64,000 nt of DNA from Pseudomonadota bacterium (GTDB lineage Bacteria; Pseudomonadota; Gammaproteobacteria; Ga0077536). The notes beneath the pieces are model-generated. The model was not told the DNA's origin. It searched no databases and worked only from the letters and a program-made list of their open reading frames with translations. Below, in pieces: positions 40,107-50,560 of the stretch (position 1 is the stretch's first letter; each line of letters starts with the position of its first letter). Made by a program: the position numbers and the translations under genes. The stretch covers positions 3,837 through 67,836 of the forward strand of contig JAYYFI010000014.1 of assembly GCA_036158955.1 (NCBI GenBank), in the 5' to 3' direction.

Positions 40107-41742
40107 TTCTACTCTCTTTTCTGCTTTTAGCCGCGTTTATGAACGATGAGAACAATGGATGCCCATCTCTTGGTGTTGATGTAAATTCTGGGTGAAATTG
40201 GCATCCAACAAACCATGGATGATCCAATAGCTCAACTACTTCAACTAAGCTATCATCAACCGACTTGCCTACAACTTTTAAACCAGCTTCATTTAATAAT
40301 TTTGTATAGTAATTATTGAATTCATATCTATGACGGTGACGCTCCTCAATTATATTTTTTGAATATGCCTCTGATATTAGACTGTCAGAAACTAATTTAC
40401 AGGTCTGAGAACCAAGTCGCATAGTACCCCCAAGATTATCCGAACTTGTTCTTACTTGTTTCTTTCCTGCCGGGTCCTGCCATTCGGTTATCATAGCTAT
40501 AACTGGATGCGGAGTTGAAGGATCGAATTCTGTACTATTAGCGTTTTCGAGCAAGGCAATATTTCGTGCTATTTCTATCACCGCTATTTGCATACCGAGG
40601 CAAATTCCAAGAAAAGGAATTTTTTGCTCTCTGGCATGTCTTACAGCATGAATCTTACCTGGAATTCCTCTTTCGCCAAATCCTCCAGGTACTAAAACAG
40701 CATCTACATCGTAAAATTCTTTATCACAATTTGACTCTATCGCTTCTGCATCTAAATAGGCAATTTCAATTTTCGTCCTAGTTTGAAGCCCTGCATGGAT
40801 GAGCGCTTCAGTAAGGGACTTATATGCCTCCGTAAGATTTACATACTTTCCTACCATCGCAACTTTTATAGTAAATTCGTTTTTTTTAAGCCCATCAACT
40901 ACCCTACTCCAACTACTCAAGTCTGCAGACTCAGCTTGCAGGCCCAATTTCTCAATTACGATATCATCTAAGCCTTCTTTATTTAAATTAAGCGGGATTT
41001 CATAAATACTTTCAACGTCCTGAGCTGAGATTACAGCTCCCTCTTCAACATTGGTAAATAAAGCGATTTTTCGTCTTTCGGTTGGAGCGATAGGAGCAGT
41101 TGCACGACAAAGCAAAATGTCTGGTTGAATTCCAATTGATCTAAGTTCCTTTACTGAATGTTGTGTAGGCTTAGTCTTGATTTCACCGACTGTTGCAAGA
41201 TGGGGTACTAAAGTAACATGGATAAATACTGTTTTTGTTGGACCTAATTCAATACGCATTTGACGAATGGCTTCAAGAAAAGGGAGAGACTCTATATCTC
41301 CAACGGTGCCGCCTATTTCCACAATTGCAATTGGGGCTTTTCCAGCCCCTAATCTTATACAAGATTTAATTTCATCGGTTATATGTGGAATAACTTGAAC
41401 CGTGGCACCGATATAGTCTCCTTTTCTCTCTTTTCGGATAACATTCTCGTAAATTCTACCAGCTGTGTAATTACTTGAGGCCGAAATATTAGAGCGAACG
41501 AATCTCTCGTAATGACCGAGATCCAAATCAGTCTCCGCTCCATCGCTTGTCACATAGACCTCACCATGCTGGAAAGGGCTCATTGTTCCTGGATCAACAT
41601 TGATATAGGGATCCATTTTTATCATGGAGATCTCTAAATTCCGATTTTCTAAAACCGTACCTAAGGAAGCGGCAGCAATACCTTTACCTAAAGAAGATAC
41701 AACTCCTCCCGTCACAAAAATATAGCGACAACTATCACCCAC
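40099..41742 (-). CDS. pyrG: CTP synthase
   Basis: [15 protein letters not shown] and glutaminase GICLGMQ. GTG start. Confidence 0.95.
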   Translation of the reverse strand: MGDSCRYIFVTGGVVSSLGKGIAAASLGTVLENRNLEISMIKMDPYINVDPGTMSPFQHGEVYVTSDGAETDLDLGHYERFVRSNISASSNYTAGRIYENVIRKERKGDYIGATVQVIPHITDEIKSCIRLGAGKAPIAIVEIGGTVGDIESLPFLEAIRQMRIELGPTKTVFIHVTLVPHLATVGEIKTKPTQHSVKELRSIGIQPDILLCRATAPIAPTERRKIALFTNVEEGAVISAQDVESIYEIPLNLNKEGLDDIVIEKLGLQAESADLSSWSRVVDGLKKNEFTIKVAMVGKYVNLTEAYKSLTEALIHAGLQTRTKIEIAYLDAEAIESNCDKEFYDVDAVLVPGGFGERGIPGKIHAVRHAREQKIPFLGICLGMQIAVIEIARNIALLENANSTEFDPSTPHPVIAMITEWQDPAGKKQVRTSSDNLGGTMRLGSQTCKLVSDSLISEAYSKNIIEERHRHRYEFNNYYTKLLNEAGLKVVGKSVDDSLVEVVELLDHPWFVGCQFHPEFTSTPRDGHPLFSSFINAAKSRKESRND

Positions 41743-41790
41743 TTAATCACCGGTTTCTTAAAATATAAATCATTTTATTATAATTTTATT

Positions 41791-42276
41791 TCAGGATAAA
41801 ACTTTTAAAAGGTTTGAGGCAGCAGTTACATTTACGTGAGAAGGCACTTCTTCAACAAAGATGTCCTTTATTTTTATTCCCTCTAACAACAGGGCGAAAC
41901 GCACGCAACGCAGACCTAAACCAAATTCAGAAGCATCCCATTCAAGACCCATCTTTTTTATATAATCTGCATTTCCATCTGCAAGCATTTTTATTTTATT
42001 TTCCGGATCAGTATTTTTTGACCAATTATCCATTACAAAAATATCATTTACTGCAATACATCCGATTAAGTCTATCCCTAGTTTAGTAAAGTTTTCATAT
42101 TCTGAGGCAAACCCTGGTAGATGTTTAGCCGAACAAGAGGGGGTGAAAGCACCCGGCACTCCAAATATAATCGACTTTTTATCCCCTAATAACTCAGAAA
42201 CAGATATCTTCTTTGGAGCGGCGTTCTCCATAACCATAACAGCGCCATCGGGCAAGTTATTTCCAGCTTTAATCAT
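41791..42276 (-). CDS. peroxiredoxin (Prx5-like)
   Basis: Peroxidatic Cys motif PGAFTPSCS. 161 aa. Confidence 0.8.
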   Translation of the reverse strand: MIKAGNNLPDGAVMVMENAAPKKISVSELLGDKKSIIFGVPGAFTPSCSAKHLPGFASEYENFTKLGIDLIGCIAVNDIFVMDNWSKNTDPENKIKMLADGNADYIKKMGLEWDASEFGLGLRCVRFALLLEGIKIKDIFVEEVPSHVNVTAASNLLKVLS

Positions 42277-42313
42277 TTTAACCTTCCTTTTTTATTAAAA
42301 ACTAAATCAATCA

Positions 42314-43831
42314 TCACTCATTCATCTGAGAAAAAAGATCAGTAACTGTTCCACCGATATCTTCAAAGCTTTGGTGTCTATCCACGGAACGCGTTTTACT
42401 CAACTTAAACAAATACTCATTAGTTACATCTCCCGTTACATATTCACCAGTAAAACAAGATTGCTCAAAAGCAAGAATTTCTGGATTTCCTCGTTGAGCA
42501 GCCGACACAAGCGAGTCTAAGTCTTGGTATACTAAACCGTCAGCACCTAATGTCTTGCAAATTTGTAAATCATCTCTGTTATAAGCAACTAATTCCTCGC
42601 TGGTCGGCATATCAATACCATAAACATTAGGAAATCTGACCGGTGGAGCGGCCGATGCAAAATAAACTTTATTCGCTCCAGCTTCTCTCGCCATCTCTAT
42701 AATTTGTTTAGAAGTAGTTCCCCTAACAATAGAGTCATCCACCAATAGTACATTTTTTCCTCTAAACTCAAGATCTATTGCATTAAGCTTTTGTCTGACG
42801 GATTTTTGTCTTTGCGCTTGACCAGGCATTATAAAAGTTCTAGCGATATATCGATTCTTTATAAAACCCTCTCGATACTTAATCCCAGTAATATTAGACA
42901 ACTCTAAGGCAGCAGTTCTAGCAGTATCGGGTATTGGAATCACAACATCGATGTCATGGGAAAACCAATTTTCAACAATTTTGTTAGCTAAGGACTCTCC
43001 CATTCTCATTCGCGCTTTATGTACCGAAATCCCGTCGATAATCGAGTCAGGTCGTGCGAAATATACATGCTCAAAGATACATGGATAATGGCCCGACTTT
43101 ACAACGCACTGCTGAGAGAATATTTCTCCCGCCATATTTATAAAAACCGCCTCGCCAGGCATAATATCCCTAACAAAATTAAAACCCAAAGTATCAATCG
43201 CGACACTTTCTGAAGCAATCACAAACTCAGGACCAGTATCCGTTTCTCTAGAACCATAAGAAATTGGTCGAATACCATGCTTATCCCTAAATGCTACAAT
43301 TCCAACTCCGGTAATCATCAGAACAACGGCAAAAGCTCCAGCGCACCTTTCATAAACTCCCGTGCAAGCTGTAAATATGTCCTCTGGCTTGATATTGACA
43401 TTATTAAGTCTATAGAGCTCGTGCGCAAATACATTCAAAAGCACCTCTGAATCACTATCCGTATTAACATGGCGTAATTGATCAAAAAATAAATCTCTCT
43501 TGAGCTCGTTTGTATTGGTTAGGTTACCATTGTGGGCTAGCGCTATTCCGCATGGGGAATTGACGTAAAAAGGCTGGGCTTCTGAAATCGAAGACACCCC
43601 CGCTGTTGGGTATCTTACATGGCCAAGCCCCATGTTGCCTTTTAAATTCATCATATCATCGCTACTAAAAACGTCCCTCACAAGACCTTGGTTCTTTTTT
43701 AGAAAAACTCTTTTTTCATCGCTAGTTGCTATGCCGGCAGCATCCTGTCCTCGATGTTGAAGTACAGTTAGTCCTTCAAACAGTAATTGGTTGACCTCAT
43801 CCTTCCCAGCAATAGCTAAAATTCCACACAC
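42314..43831 (-). CDS. purF: amidophosphoribosyltransferase
   Basis: N-terminal nucleophile MCGI and PRPP loop VLLVDDSIVRGTT. Confidence 0.95.
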   Translation of the reverse strand: MCGILAIAGKDEVNQLLFEGLTVLQHRGQDAAGIATSDEKRVFLKKNQGLVRDVFSSDDMMNLKGNMGLGHVRYPTAGVSSISEAQPFYVNSPCGIALAHNGNLTNTNELKRDLFFDQLRHVNTDSDSEVLLNVFAHELYRLNNVNIKPEDIFTACTGVYERCAGAFAVVLMITGVGIVAFRDKHGIRPISYGSRETDTGPEFVIASESVAIDTLGFNFVRDIMPGEAVFINMAGEIFSQQCVVKSGHYPCIFEHVYFARPDSIIDGISVHKARMRMGESLANKIVENWFSHDIDVVIPIPDTARTAALELSNITGIKYREGFIKNRYIARTFIMPGQAQRQKSVRQKLNAIDLEFRGKNVLLVDDSIVRGTTSKQIIEMAREAGANKVYFASAAPPVRFPNVYGIDMPTSEELVAYNRDDLQICKTLGADGLVYQDLDSLVSAAQRGNPEILAFEQSCFTGEYVTGDVTNEYLFKLSKTRSVDRHQSFEDIGGTVTDLFSQMNE

Positions 43832-43843
43832 TGTTCTTATACT

Positions 43844-44314
43844 CTAAGTTAATTGTTCGTAAATTATTTCTTTATAGCCTTCGAGCAAATGATAGCCTGT
43901 TTTTGTCTTCGATTTAATCCACCAATCTCCCTGAAAACCAGTAAAATCTAAGATGAAAGCTACGAAAACTATCATTATTACACCCTTAGTCAGCCCGAAT
44001 AAACAACCCAATAACCTGTCTAAACCGTCAAGCGGCGAGTCTTTAACGATCTTACACATCCATCTGCTTATTATACTCATTATTAGTAAGCCTGTTGCAA
44101 AAATAATCACAAAAGCAACGATAAAAGGTAAAAAGTCACCCGGCAAATAGGCCTGCATATGCATGGCGAGGCCGCGATAGTGCATATATGCTACTACAAT
44201 ACAAAGTATCCAAGAAAATACTGATAGGAGCTCTTTAACAAAGCCTCGGATTATTCCAAGCAGGGAAAAAAGAAGCAAAATAAATAAAACAACAGTGTCA
44301 AAGGTTATAGTCAT
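43844..44314 (-). CDS. cvpA: CvpA-family membrane protein
   Basis: Four predicted TM helices. Conserved cvpA-purF adjacency. Confidence 0.75.
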   Translation of the reverse strand: MTITFDTVVLFILLLFSLLGIIRGFVKELLSVFSWILCIVVAYMHYRGLAMHMQAYLPGDFLPFIVAFVIIFATGLLIMSIISRWMCKIVKDSPLDGLDRLLGCLFGLTKGVIMIVFVAFILDFTGFQGDWWIKSKTKTGYHLLEGYKEIIYEQLT

Positions 44315-44322
44315 CTAAAAAT

Positions 44323-44871
44323 CTAGTTAGTTGCGCCTACCACTTTAATAAGGATACCCTTAATTTGGTACACAAACTCAATCTCTTTCAATATTTCGTT
44401 TGCTTTTTGCTTGCTATTATAGGGACCAAGCCGTACTAGTACCTGATCAGATTGAATATCCTTTTGAGAAATCTTTCTAGGAAAGTAACCATCTAAAATT
44501 AAATTATCATAAAACTTATTTACATGCGTTAATTCACCAAATTGAAGAATCCACGATTCTGATTTGGGTATATTTGTGCTCGGTTGCACATCCTTAGGTT
44601 TCGATCGTGCTAATGTTTCATTGAGCTCTTGCAACAAATATTCAGAATTGGTGAGCGCTTTTTCTTCTTTCAAAGGCGCTACAAATAGCGGATCACTTTG
44701 GTTCTTATTTTCATTGAGACCGACTTCGTCAGTGGTAACATCTTTTTGTATAGAGGTTTCTTCGGATGATCCTCTATCTTTATACTGAAGAACAATGGGA
44801 ATTAAAATAACAAAAAAAGAAACTAATGCAATAGACCCGACGACCCTGTGTTTTAAATTATCTTTATTCAT
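44323..44871 (-). CDS. SPOR-domain protein (DedD-like)
   Basis: N-terminal TM GSIALVSFFVILIPIVL and C-terminal SPOR-like segment WILQFGELTH...VRLGPYNSKQKANEIL. Lies between folC and cvpA, as dedD does in E. coli. Confidence 0.6.
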   Translation of the reverse strand: MNKDNLKHRVVGSIALVSFFVILIPIVLQYKDRGSSEETSIQKDVTTDEVGLNENKNQSDPLFVAPLKEEKALTNSEYLLQELNETLARSKPKDVQPSTNIPKSESWILQFGELTHVNKFYDNLILDGYFPRKISQKDIQSDQVLVRLGPYNSKQKANEILKEIEFVYQIKGILIKVVGATN

Positions 44872-46134
44872 CTATTTTGCTTCAATTTCTTCCAAGACGT
44901 TTTTAACTACAACAAATGATCCGGCGACCAAAACCCTGTCTTCATCACTTCTTAAATTTATTGCATCTATAGCATCCGACGTGGACTTAAAAACGAATAT
45001 ATTTTTACGCCTTACACCAAGTTTTTTCAACAAAGCTTCTATCTCGTTTGCAGACCAAAAATTGGCCTCATTAAGATCCGGAAGGAACCATAAATCTACC
45101 AGACCTATTAAAGGTTCAAAAAAATCTTGCAAACGTTTCGTTTTTTGGAGACCAAAAACTCCTAAATTATTGACAGCCGCAGGAAGCTTTTTTGCTGACT
45201 TAACTAAACTTAAACTAGCTTGATTGTTGTGAGCAACATCGATCACCCATTCTTTATTTTTGCACTTAAAAACTTGAAATCGCCCCCTTAGTGTGATTGC
45301 GTCTAATGCTTTCTGGATTTTTTCTTGTTTAAGTTCAATCTTTAACAATTCTAGCACTTTAAGTGCACCGCTCAAATTTCGCAATTGATAATCAGTTTTT
45401 ATTAAAGAATTAAACCTCCCCTCGATCATCATATCATCCGTCCACCATTGCCAACTTGTTTTATCTCCTTTGATATAAAAATCAACGCCAAGAGTATGCA
45501 AATTAACTTCATTTTTTTTAGCAAATTCTAATATAGAGTTGGTTATATTATGATCTGAGCAGACTGCATGCTTTCCTTTTCTCATGATTCCTGCCTTTTC
45601 AAAACCAATCTGCTCTCGACTGTCTCCTAGGAACTCAATATGGTCTATATCAATTGCCGAAATAAGCGCAATGTTTGCATCTATACAATTCACTGCATCT
45701 AATCTTCCCCCAAGACCAACTTCTAGGATAATAAAATCTAACTTCTGCCCCGAAAAAAAATAAATGGCAGCAAGGGTCAAATATTCAAAAAAGGTTAACT
45801 CGGTAGAATTCTTATTTTCCGCAATTTTAGCAAAACTAGATATTAACTGGCGGTCCGTGATTTCCTGCCCGTTAATTTTTATCCGTTCATTTATTTTATG
45901 AATATGGGGTGAGGTGTAAGTTCCCACTTTACAGCCATATTCAAGCATGATTGCCTCCAGCATTGCGACACTAGAGCCTTTGCCGTTAGTACCTCCGACG
46001 GTTACAACCTGATTAATATTTTTTAAACAATCTAATGAAAGGAGCAATTCTTTGCATCTATCTAAACCGAGCTGGATACCCGGCATGCTTTCCTTAGTGA
46101 TTTTTTTCAACCAATCATCTAAGCTCTCTCTCAT
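44872..46134 (-). CDS. folC: bifunctional folylpolyglutamate synthase / dihydrofolate synthase
   Basis: P-loop VGGTNGKGS. 420 aa, in accD-folC context. Confidence 0.9.
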   Translation of the reverse strand: MRESLDDWLKKITKESMPGIQLGLDRCKELLLSLDCLKNINQVVTVGGTNGKGSSVAMLEAIMLEYGCKVGTYTSPHIHKINERIKINGQEITDRQLISSFAKIAENKNSTELTFFEYLTLAAIYFFSGQKLDFIILEVGLGGRLDAVNCIDANIALISAIDIDHIEFLGDSREQIGFEKAGIMRKGKHAVCSDHNITNSILEFAKKNEVNLHTLGVDFYIKGDKTSWQWWTDDMMIEGRFNSLIKTDYQLRNLSGALKVLELLKIELKQEKIQKALDAITLRGRFQVFKCKNKEWVIDVAHNNQASLSLVKSAKKLPAAVNNLGVFGLQKTKRLQDFFEPLIGLVDLWFLPDLNEANFWSANEIEALLKKLGVRRKNIFVFKSTSDAIDAINLRSDEDRVLVAGSFVVVKNVLEEIEAK

Positions 46135-46170
46135 AAAGCACTCTCTTACTTATGTGATACAAGAAATAAA

Positions 46171-47019
46171 CTATTTGTAAAGTAAACCGATTAGTTTCGC
46201 TATTGAGCTTCTCAAATCTTTTCGATGCACTATCATATCTATAGCGCCGTGGGTAAGTAAAAACTCGCTTTTTTGGAATCCCTCTGGTAGTACTGTACCC
46301 ACCGTTTGTTCAATCACGCGGGGACCTGCAAACCCTATAAGTGCATCGGGTTCAGCTATAATTATATCACCAAGCATTGAAAGGCTTGCCGATACACCCC
46401 CTGTTGTTGGATCAGTTAATACACTAACAAAAGGGATTCTTTCCGCTTTTAATTGATCGACAGCTGAGCTCGTTTTGGCCATCTGCATCAACGAGATAAG
46501 ACCCTCCTGCATTCGCGCTCCGCCACTTGAGGAAAAACAAATGAAAGATCTTTTCTCTTTTATAGCAAACCGAATGGCTTGGACGAATTTCTCTCCTACA
46601 ACCGAACCCATTGAACCACCCAAAAAGCTGAATTCAAAAGCAGCCGCAACCACATCTATACCACGCAACGTCCCTGCCATCACAACCAAAGCATCGTTCT
46701 CACCGGTATTTTTCTTTGCAAGGGTTAATCTATCTTTATATCTTTTTACGTCTTTAAATTTTAGAAAATCTAAGGGTACTACATCAGACGCAAGTTCAGT
46801 CATAGAATCAGTATCTAAAAAATAACCTAATCTTTGCCTAGCACTTATTCGCATGTGATGATTGCATTTGTTACATACAAATTGGCATCGTTCTAGTTCA
46901 GGTTTATAGAGCATTGCTCCACAATTTTTACAGTTAACCCATATACCCTCAGGTATATTTCTCTTGGACACCCCTTCAACTCTAATTCTAGCTGGAATTA
47001 ATTTTTTGAACCAATTCAT
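46171..47019 (-). CDS. accD: acetyl-CoA carboxylase carboxyltransferase subunit beta
   Basis: Zn ribbon CKNCGAMLY...CNKCNHH, plus GGSMG and GGARMQEG motifs. Confidence 0.95.
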   Translation of the reverse strand: MNWFKKLIPARIRVEGVSKRNIPEGIWVNCKNCGAMLYKPELERCQFVCNKCNHHMRISARQRLGYFLDTDSMTELASDVVPLDFLKFKDVKRYKDRLTLAKKNTGENDALVVMAGTLRGIDVVAAAFEFSFLGGSMGSVVGEKFVQAIRFAIKEKRSFICFSSSGGARMQEGLISLMQMAKTSSAVDQLKAERIPFVSVLTDPTTGGVSASLSMLGDIIIAEPDALIGFAGPRVIEQTVGTVLPEGFQKSEFLLTHGAIDMIVHRKDLRSSIAKLIGLLYK

Positions 47020-47023
47020 AATT

Positions 47024-47842
47024 TTATTTCACAACACCGTCTATAGACTTACGTAACCCTAACACAAAGGAAGCCAATGAAGACATGCAAGAACTTTTAT
47101 CATTAGATTTTTCGATGATTTCTATTAATGCACTCCCAACTATAACAGCGTCTGCACTCACTGCAGCCTGTTGTGCATCCTCATTTTTTTTAATTCCAAA
47201 GCCAATTCCTATAGGAATATTAACAGCCTCTTTTGCCGCCTCAATATTTTCTGAAATTTCTTTCATTTGAATCCCTTTGTCACCTGTTACGCCTTTAACT
47301 GATACAAAATAAATAAATCCGCTCGCTAGTTTTTTAATCACATTAACTCTAGATAAGCTAGAGTTTGGGGCAACGAGGAATATCTGACTCAAATTAGCTT
47401 GGCTCAAATACCCATTAATTTGCGACGCTTCCTCCGGAGGTAAATCGACTATCAAAAAACCATCCACACCCGCTTTTTGCGCTTCGATCGAGACCTTTTC
47501 AAAACCTTTTTGCTCGAATGGATTTAAATAACCCATCAAAACAACAGGCGTCTTAGAATTTTTATCTCTAAACTTACTTACCAACTCAAATATCGAATTC
47601 AAATCAATTCCATTATTAAGTGCCCGTTCACTTGCCCTTTGAATAGTAGGTCCATCTGCTATTGGGTCCGAGAAGGGAACTCCAATCTCAATGATATCCG
47701 CGCCGCTTTCAACAAGAATGTTCATATATTCGAGAGTTGAATCAATATCAGGATCTCCCGCAGTGATGTAAGTAATCAGACCCTTACGACCTGACTCCTT
47801 CAGCCTTTCAAAACAACCATCTATCCTACCCATCACACTCAA
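47024..47842 (-). CDS. trpA: tryptophan synthase alpha chain
   Basis: [17 protein letters not shown] motif. The start overlaps the trpB stop by 4 nt. Confidence 0.95.
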   Translation of the reverse strand: MSVMGRIDGCFERLKESGRKGLITYITAGDPDIDSTLEYMNILVESGADIIEIGVPFSDPIADGPTIQRASERALNNGIDLNSIFELVSKFRDKNSKTPVVLMGYLNPFEQKGFEKVSIEAQKAGVDGFLIVDLPPEEASQINGYLSQANLSQIFLVAPNSSLSRVNVIKKLASGFIYFVSVKGVTGDKGIQMKEISENIEAAKEAVNIPIGIGFGIKKNEDAQQAAVSADAVIVGSALIEIIEKSNDKSSCMSSLASFVLGLRKSIDGVVK

Positions 47843-49074
47843 ACCTCCAAAGAGATGCCTTTAATGTCAGCAACAGTGAAAAGATCCTTGTCCCCTCTTC
47901 CGGATAAATTAACCACGATAATACTTTTTTTGCTTAAAGCCCCGGCCAATTGTTCCGCTTCCGCTAAAGCATGACTTGTTTCGAGGGCTGGAATTATTCC
48001 TTCATAAAGACACATATTATCAAAGGCTTTCAGTGCACTTTCATCGTCTACGGTTGTGTACCTTACCCTACCTTGATCTTTCAACCAAGCATGTTCAGGG
48101 CCTACTCCGGGGTAATCAAGCCCTGCTGACACGGAATGGGTGGGATTTATTTGTCCAAGCTCATCTTGCATTAAATATGTTCTATTGCCATGCAAAACAC
48201 CGGGAGAACCAGCCGAAAGCGGGGCAGAATGTTTTCCTGTTGACACCCCAAAACCGCCCGCTTCTACACCTATTAATTCAACAGCTTTTTCATGAATAAA
48301 TGGATGGAATATTCCGATTGCATTCGAACCACCACCAACACATGCGACTACAGCATCTGGCATTCTTCCAAGTTGTTCCAAGCACTGCTGTTTGGTCTCT
48401 TGCCCAATGACGGCTTGAAAATCACGAACTATTTTAGGATAAGGGTGCGGACCAGCTACAGTCCCGATTATGTAATATGTGTCATCAACATTTGTTACCC
48501 AATCCCTTAATGCTTCATTTAAAGCATCTTTGAGCGTTTTAGAACCAGAGTCAACTGCTCTTACATCCGCTCCAAGCAGTTTCATTCTGAATACATTAGG
48601 TGATTGCCTTTTAATATCTTCACTCCCCATATATATGCAACATTTCATTCCCATTCGCGCTGCAATAGTTGCAGTTGCCACACCATGCTGACCCGCCCCG
48701 GTTTCCGCAATAATTCTTGTTTTTCCCATTTTCTTTGCAAGTAATGCTTGGCCGACAGTATTATTTACTTTATGGGCACCAGTATGATTGAGGTCTTCTC
48801 TTTTTAAAAAGATCCTTCCGCCACCGCATTTTTCAGTTAATCTTTCAGCAAAATATAAAGGCGTGGGCCTACCGACGAAATAAGCCAAATCACGGCGCAA
48901 GCTCTCAATAAAGTCATCATCTTGTACAAGAGCATTATAAGCTTTTTCAAGATCAGATAACGGCCCCATCAACGTTTCAGATACGAAACGCCCCCCATAT
49001 TTTCCAAAATGTCCACTCTCGTCGGGAAGACTATATTCTGTTTTTTGCCATCCATCGCTCGGATTTTTCAGCAT
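47839..49074 (-). CDS. trpB: tryptophan synthase beta chain
   Basis: PLP-lysine motif [11 protein letters not shown]. 411 aa. Confidence 0.95.
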   Translation of the reverse strand: MLKNPSDGWQKTEYSLPDESGHFGKYGGRFVSETLMGPLSDLEKAYNALVQDDDFIESLRRDLAYFVGRPTPLYFAERLTEKCGGGRIFLKREDLNHTGAHKVNNTVGQALLAKKMGKTRIIAETGAGQHGVATATIAARMGMKCCIYMGSEDIKRQSPNVFRMKLLGADVRAVDSGSKTLKDALNEALRDWVTNVDDTYYIIGTVAGPHPYPKIVRDFQAVIGQETKQQCLEQLGRMPDAVVACVGGGSNAIGIFHPFIHEKAVELIGVEAGGFGVSTGKHSAPLSAGSPGVLHGNRTYLMQDELGQINPTHSVSAGLDYPGVGPEHAWLKDQGRVRYTTVDDESALKAFDNMCLYEGIIPALETSHALAEAEQLAGALSKKSIIVVNLSGRGDKDLFTVADIKGISLEV

Positions 49075-49698
49075 CTAATTTATCCTCTTAACTCTTTCAA
49101 TAAAATCGTGCATAAGTATTTTACTCTTCTTTCCTTTTTCTTGCTCCACTCCAGAACATACATCAACCGCATATAATCTAGGTATCTGAATAGCATCCTC
49201 AATGTTGTCTATTCTGAGTCCGCCTGCAAGTATGATCGGCTTAGTTAAGTCTTTTGGAATTAAATTCCAGTCAAACACTTGCCCCGTCCCTCCAAAGCTA
49301 TCTGATTTTTTAGTATCGAATAAATAAGCCGACGCATTCTCATATTGGGCAGTCTTTTTTTTAATATCAGTTTTTGCATCAACGCTAATAGTTTTTATCC
49401 AAGGCAAACCAAAAATACTACAAAATTCAGAGCTCTCATCTCCGTGAAACTGAAGTGTATCAATTCCCACATTCTTTATACAATCTTCTACAATGTCGCG
49501 TGAGGGATTTACAAAAAGCCCAATCTTCGCAACAAAGGGTGGGATTGAGGAAACGATAGCTCTCGCATCCATAAACTCGATAAACCTTGGACTTCCTGGG
49601 AAAAAAATAAATCCCAAAGCGTCCGCGCCAAATTTTACCGCGTAATACGCATCCTCGAAGTTTGTTATACCACATATTTTTATTTTAATTTTTTTCAC
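49075..49698 (-). CDS. trpF: phosphoribosylanthranilate isomerase
   Basis: KICGIT N-terminus and (beta/alpha)8 PRAI-like sequence. Abuts trpB with a 0-nt gap. Confidence 0.9.
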   Translation of the reverse strand: MKKIKIKICGITNFEDAYYAVKFGADALGFIFFPGSPRFIEFMDARAIVSSIPPFVAKIGLFVNPSRDIVEDCIKNVGIDTLQFHGDESSEFCSIFGLPWIKTISVDAKTDIKKKTAQYENASAYLFDTKKSDSFGGTGQVFDWNLIPKDLTKPIILAGGLRIDNIEDAIQIPRLYAVDVCSGVEQEKGKKSKILMHDFIERVKRIN

Positions 49699-49745
49699 TT
49701 CAACTACACAAAGCTTTACTACTAAAAGGAACAGTTGATAATCAG

Positions 49746-50543
49746 TCAGATATCCTCGATAAAATAATTTATAAAACTATCATCGTCAAAAGGTAAAATA
49801 AATTTGGTCGGATATTTTACTTGAGACAAATACAAACCATCGGACGGTGCTGTGGCGCCAGCAAAACTCCGATTCCTAGAATTTAGTACAAATTCGGCCC
49901 AATCAATCTTTTTTCTCTTTGCCCCTATCTCAATCAGTGTACCAACTAGGTTACGAACCATCTTCTGCAAAAAACTGTTCGCTTCCACACTAATCACAAT
50001 TATATCACGCTTTCTCTCGATCTTTATTTCAAAAATCGTTCTTTTAGTTGTTTTTGATTGACAACCCTTTGATTGAAAAGCTGCAAAATCATTGTCACCA
50101 ATCCAATAGGTAGACGCATCCCGCATTAGATTATGATCTAAAGTAAAAGGAATCCAGGTTAATCTTCCGTAAAAAACCGCTGAAGGAATACGGTTATTAT
50201 GAATTAAATAGGTATATTTACGCGAAATGGCTGAATAACGAGCATGGAATTCTTTTGCAACCTCGGTACACCATCGAAGCCTTATATCTCTGGGCAGATA
50301 CGAATTCGCACCTCGCACCCACGCATGATTCTCTCTGCTTACTGTTGTATCAAAATGAATCACCTGGCCAAGACTATGAACCCCACTATCCGTTCTTCCG
50401 GCACATTGTACGCTAATATTTTCATTAGCAACTCTTGTTAAAGCTAATTCCACTTCTGATTGAACTGTTTTTCCATCACTCTGAGACTGCCAGCCCTGAT
50501 ATCTTTGGCCCATATACTCAATAGCACAAACCAAACGTTTCAT
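49746..50543 (-). CDS. truA: tRNA pseudouridine(38-40) synthase
   Basis: Catalytic Asp motif AGRTDSGVHS. Confidence 0.9.
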   Translation of the reverse strand: MKRLVCAIEYMGQRYQGWQSQSDGKTVQSEVELALTRVANENISVQCAGRTDSGVHSLGQVIHFDTTVSRENHAWVRGANSYLPRDIRLRWCTEVAKEFHARYSAISRKYTYLIHNNRIPSAVFYGRLTWIPFTLDHNLMRDASTYWIGDNDFAAFQSKGCQSKTTKRTIFEIKIERKRDIIVISVEANSFLQKMVRNLVGTLIEIGAKRKKIDWAEFVLNSRNRSFAGATAPSDGLYLSQVKYPTKFILPFDDDSFINYFIEDI

Positions 50544-50560
50544 ATCGAAACCTATTTGAA

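Noticed and set aside
44795-45223. 142-aa plus-strand ORF spanning the SPOR-gene start and the folC 3' end
   Set aside because: It is antisense to two well-supported genes and has low-complexity composition with no motif.
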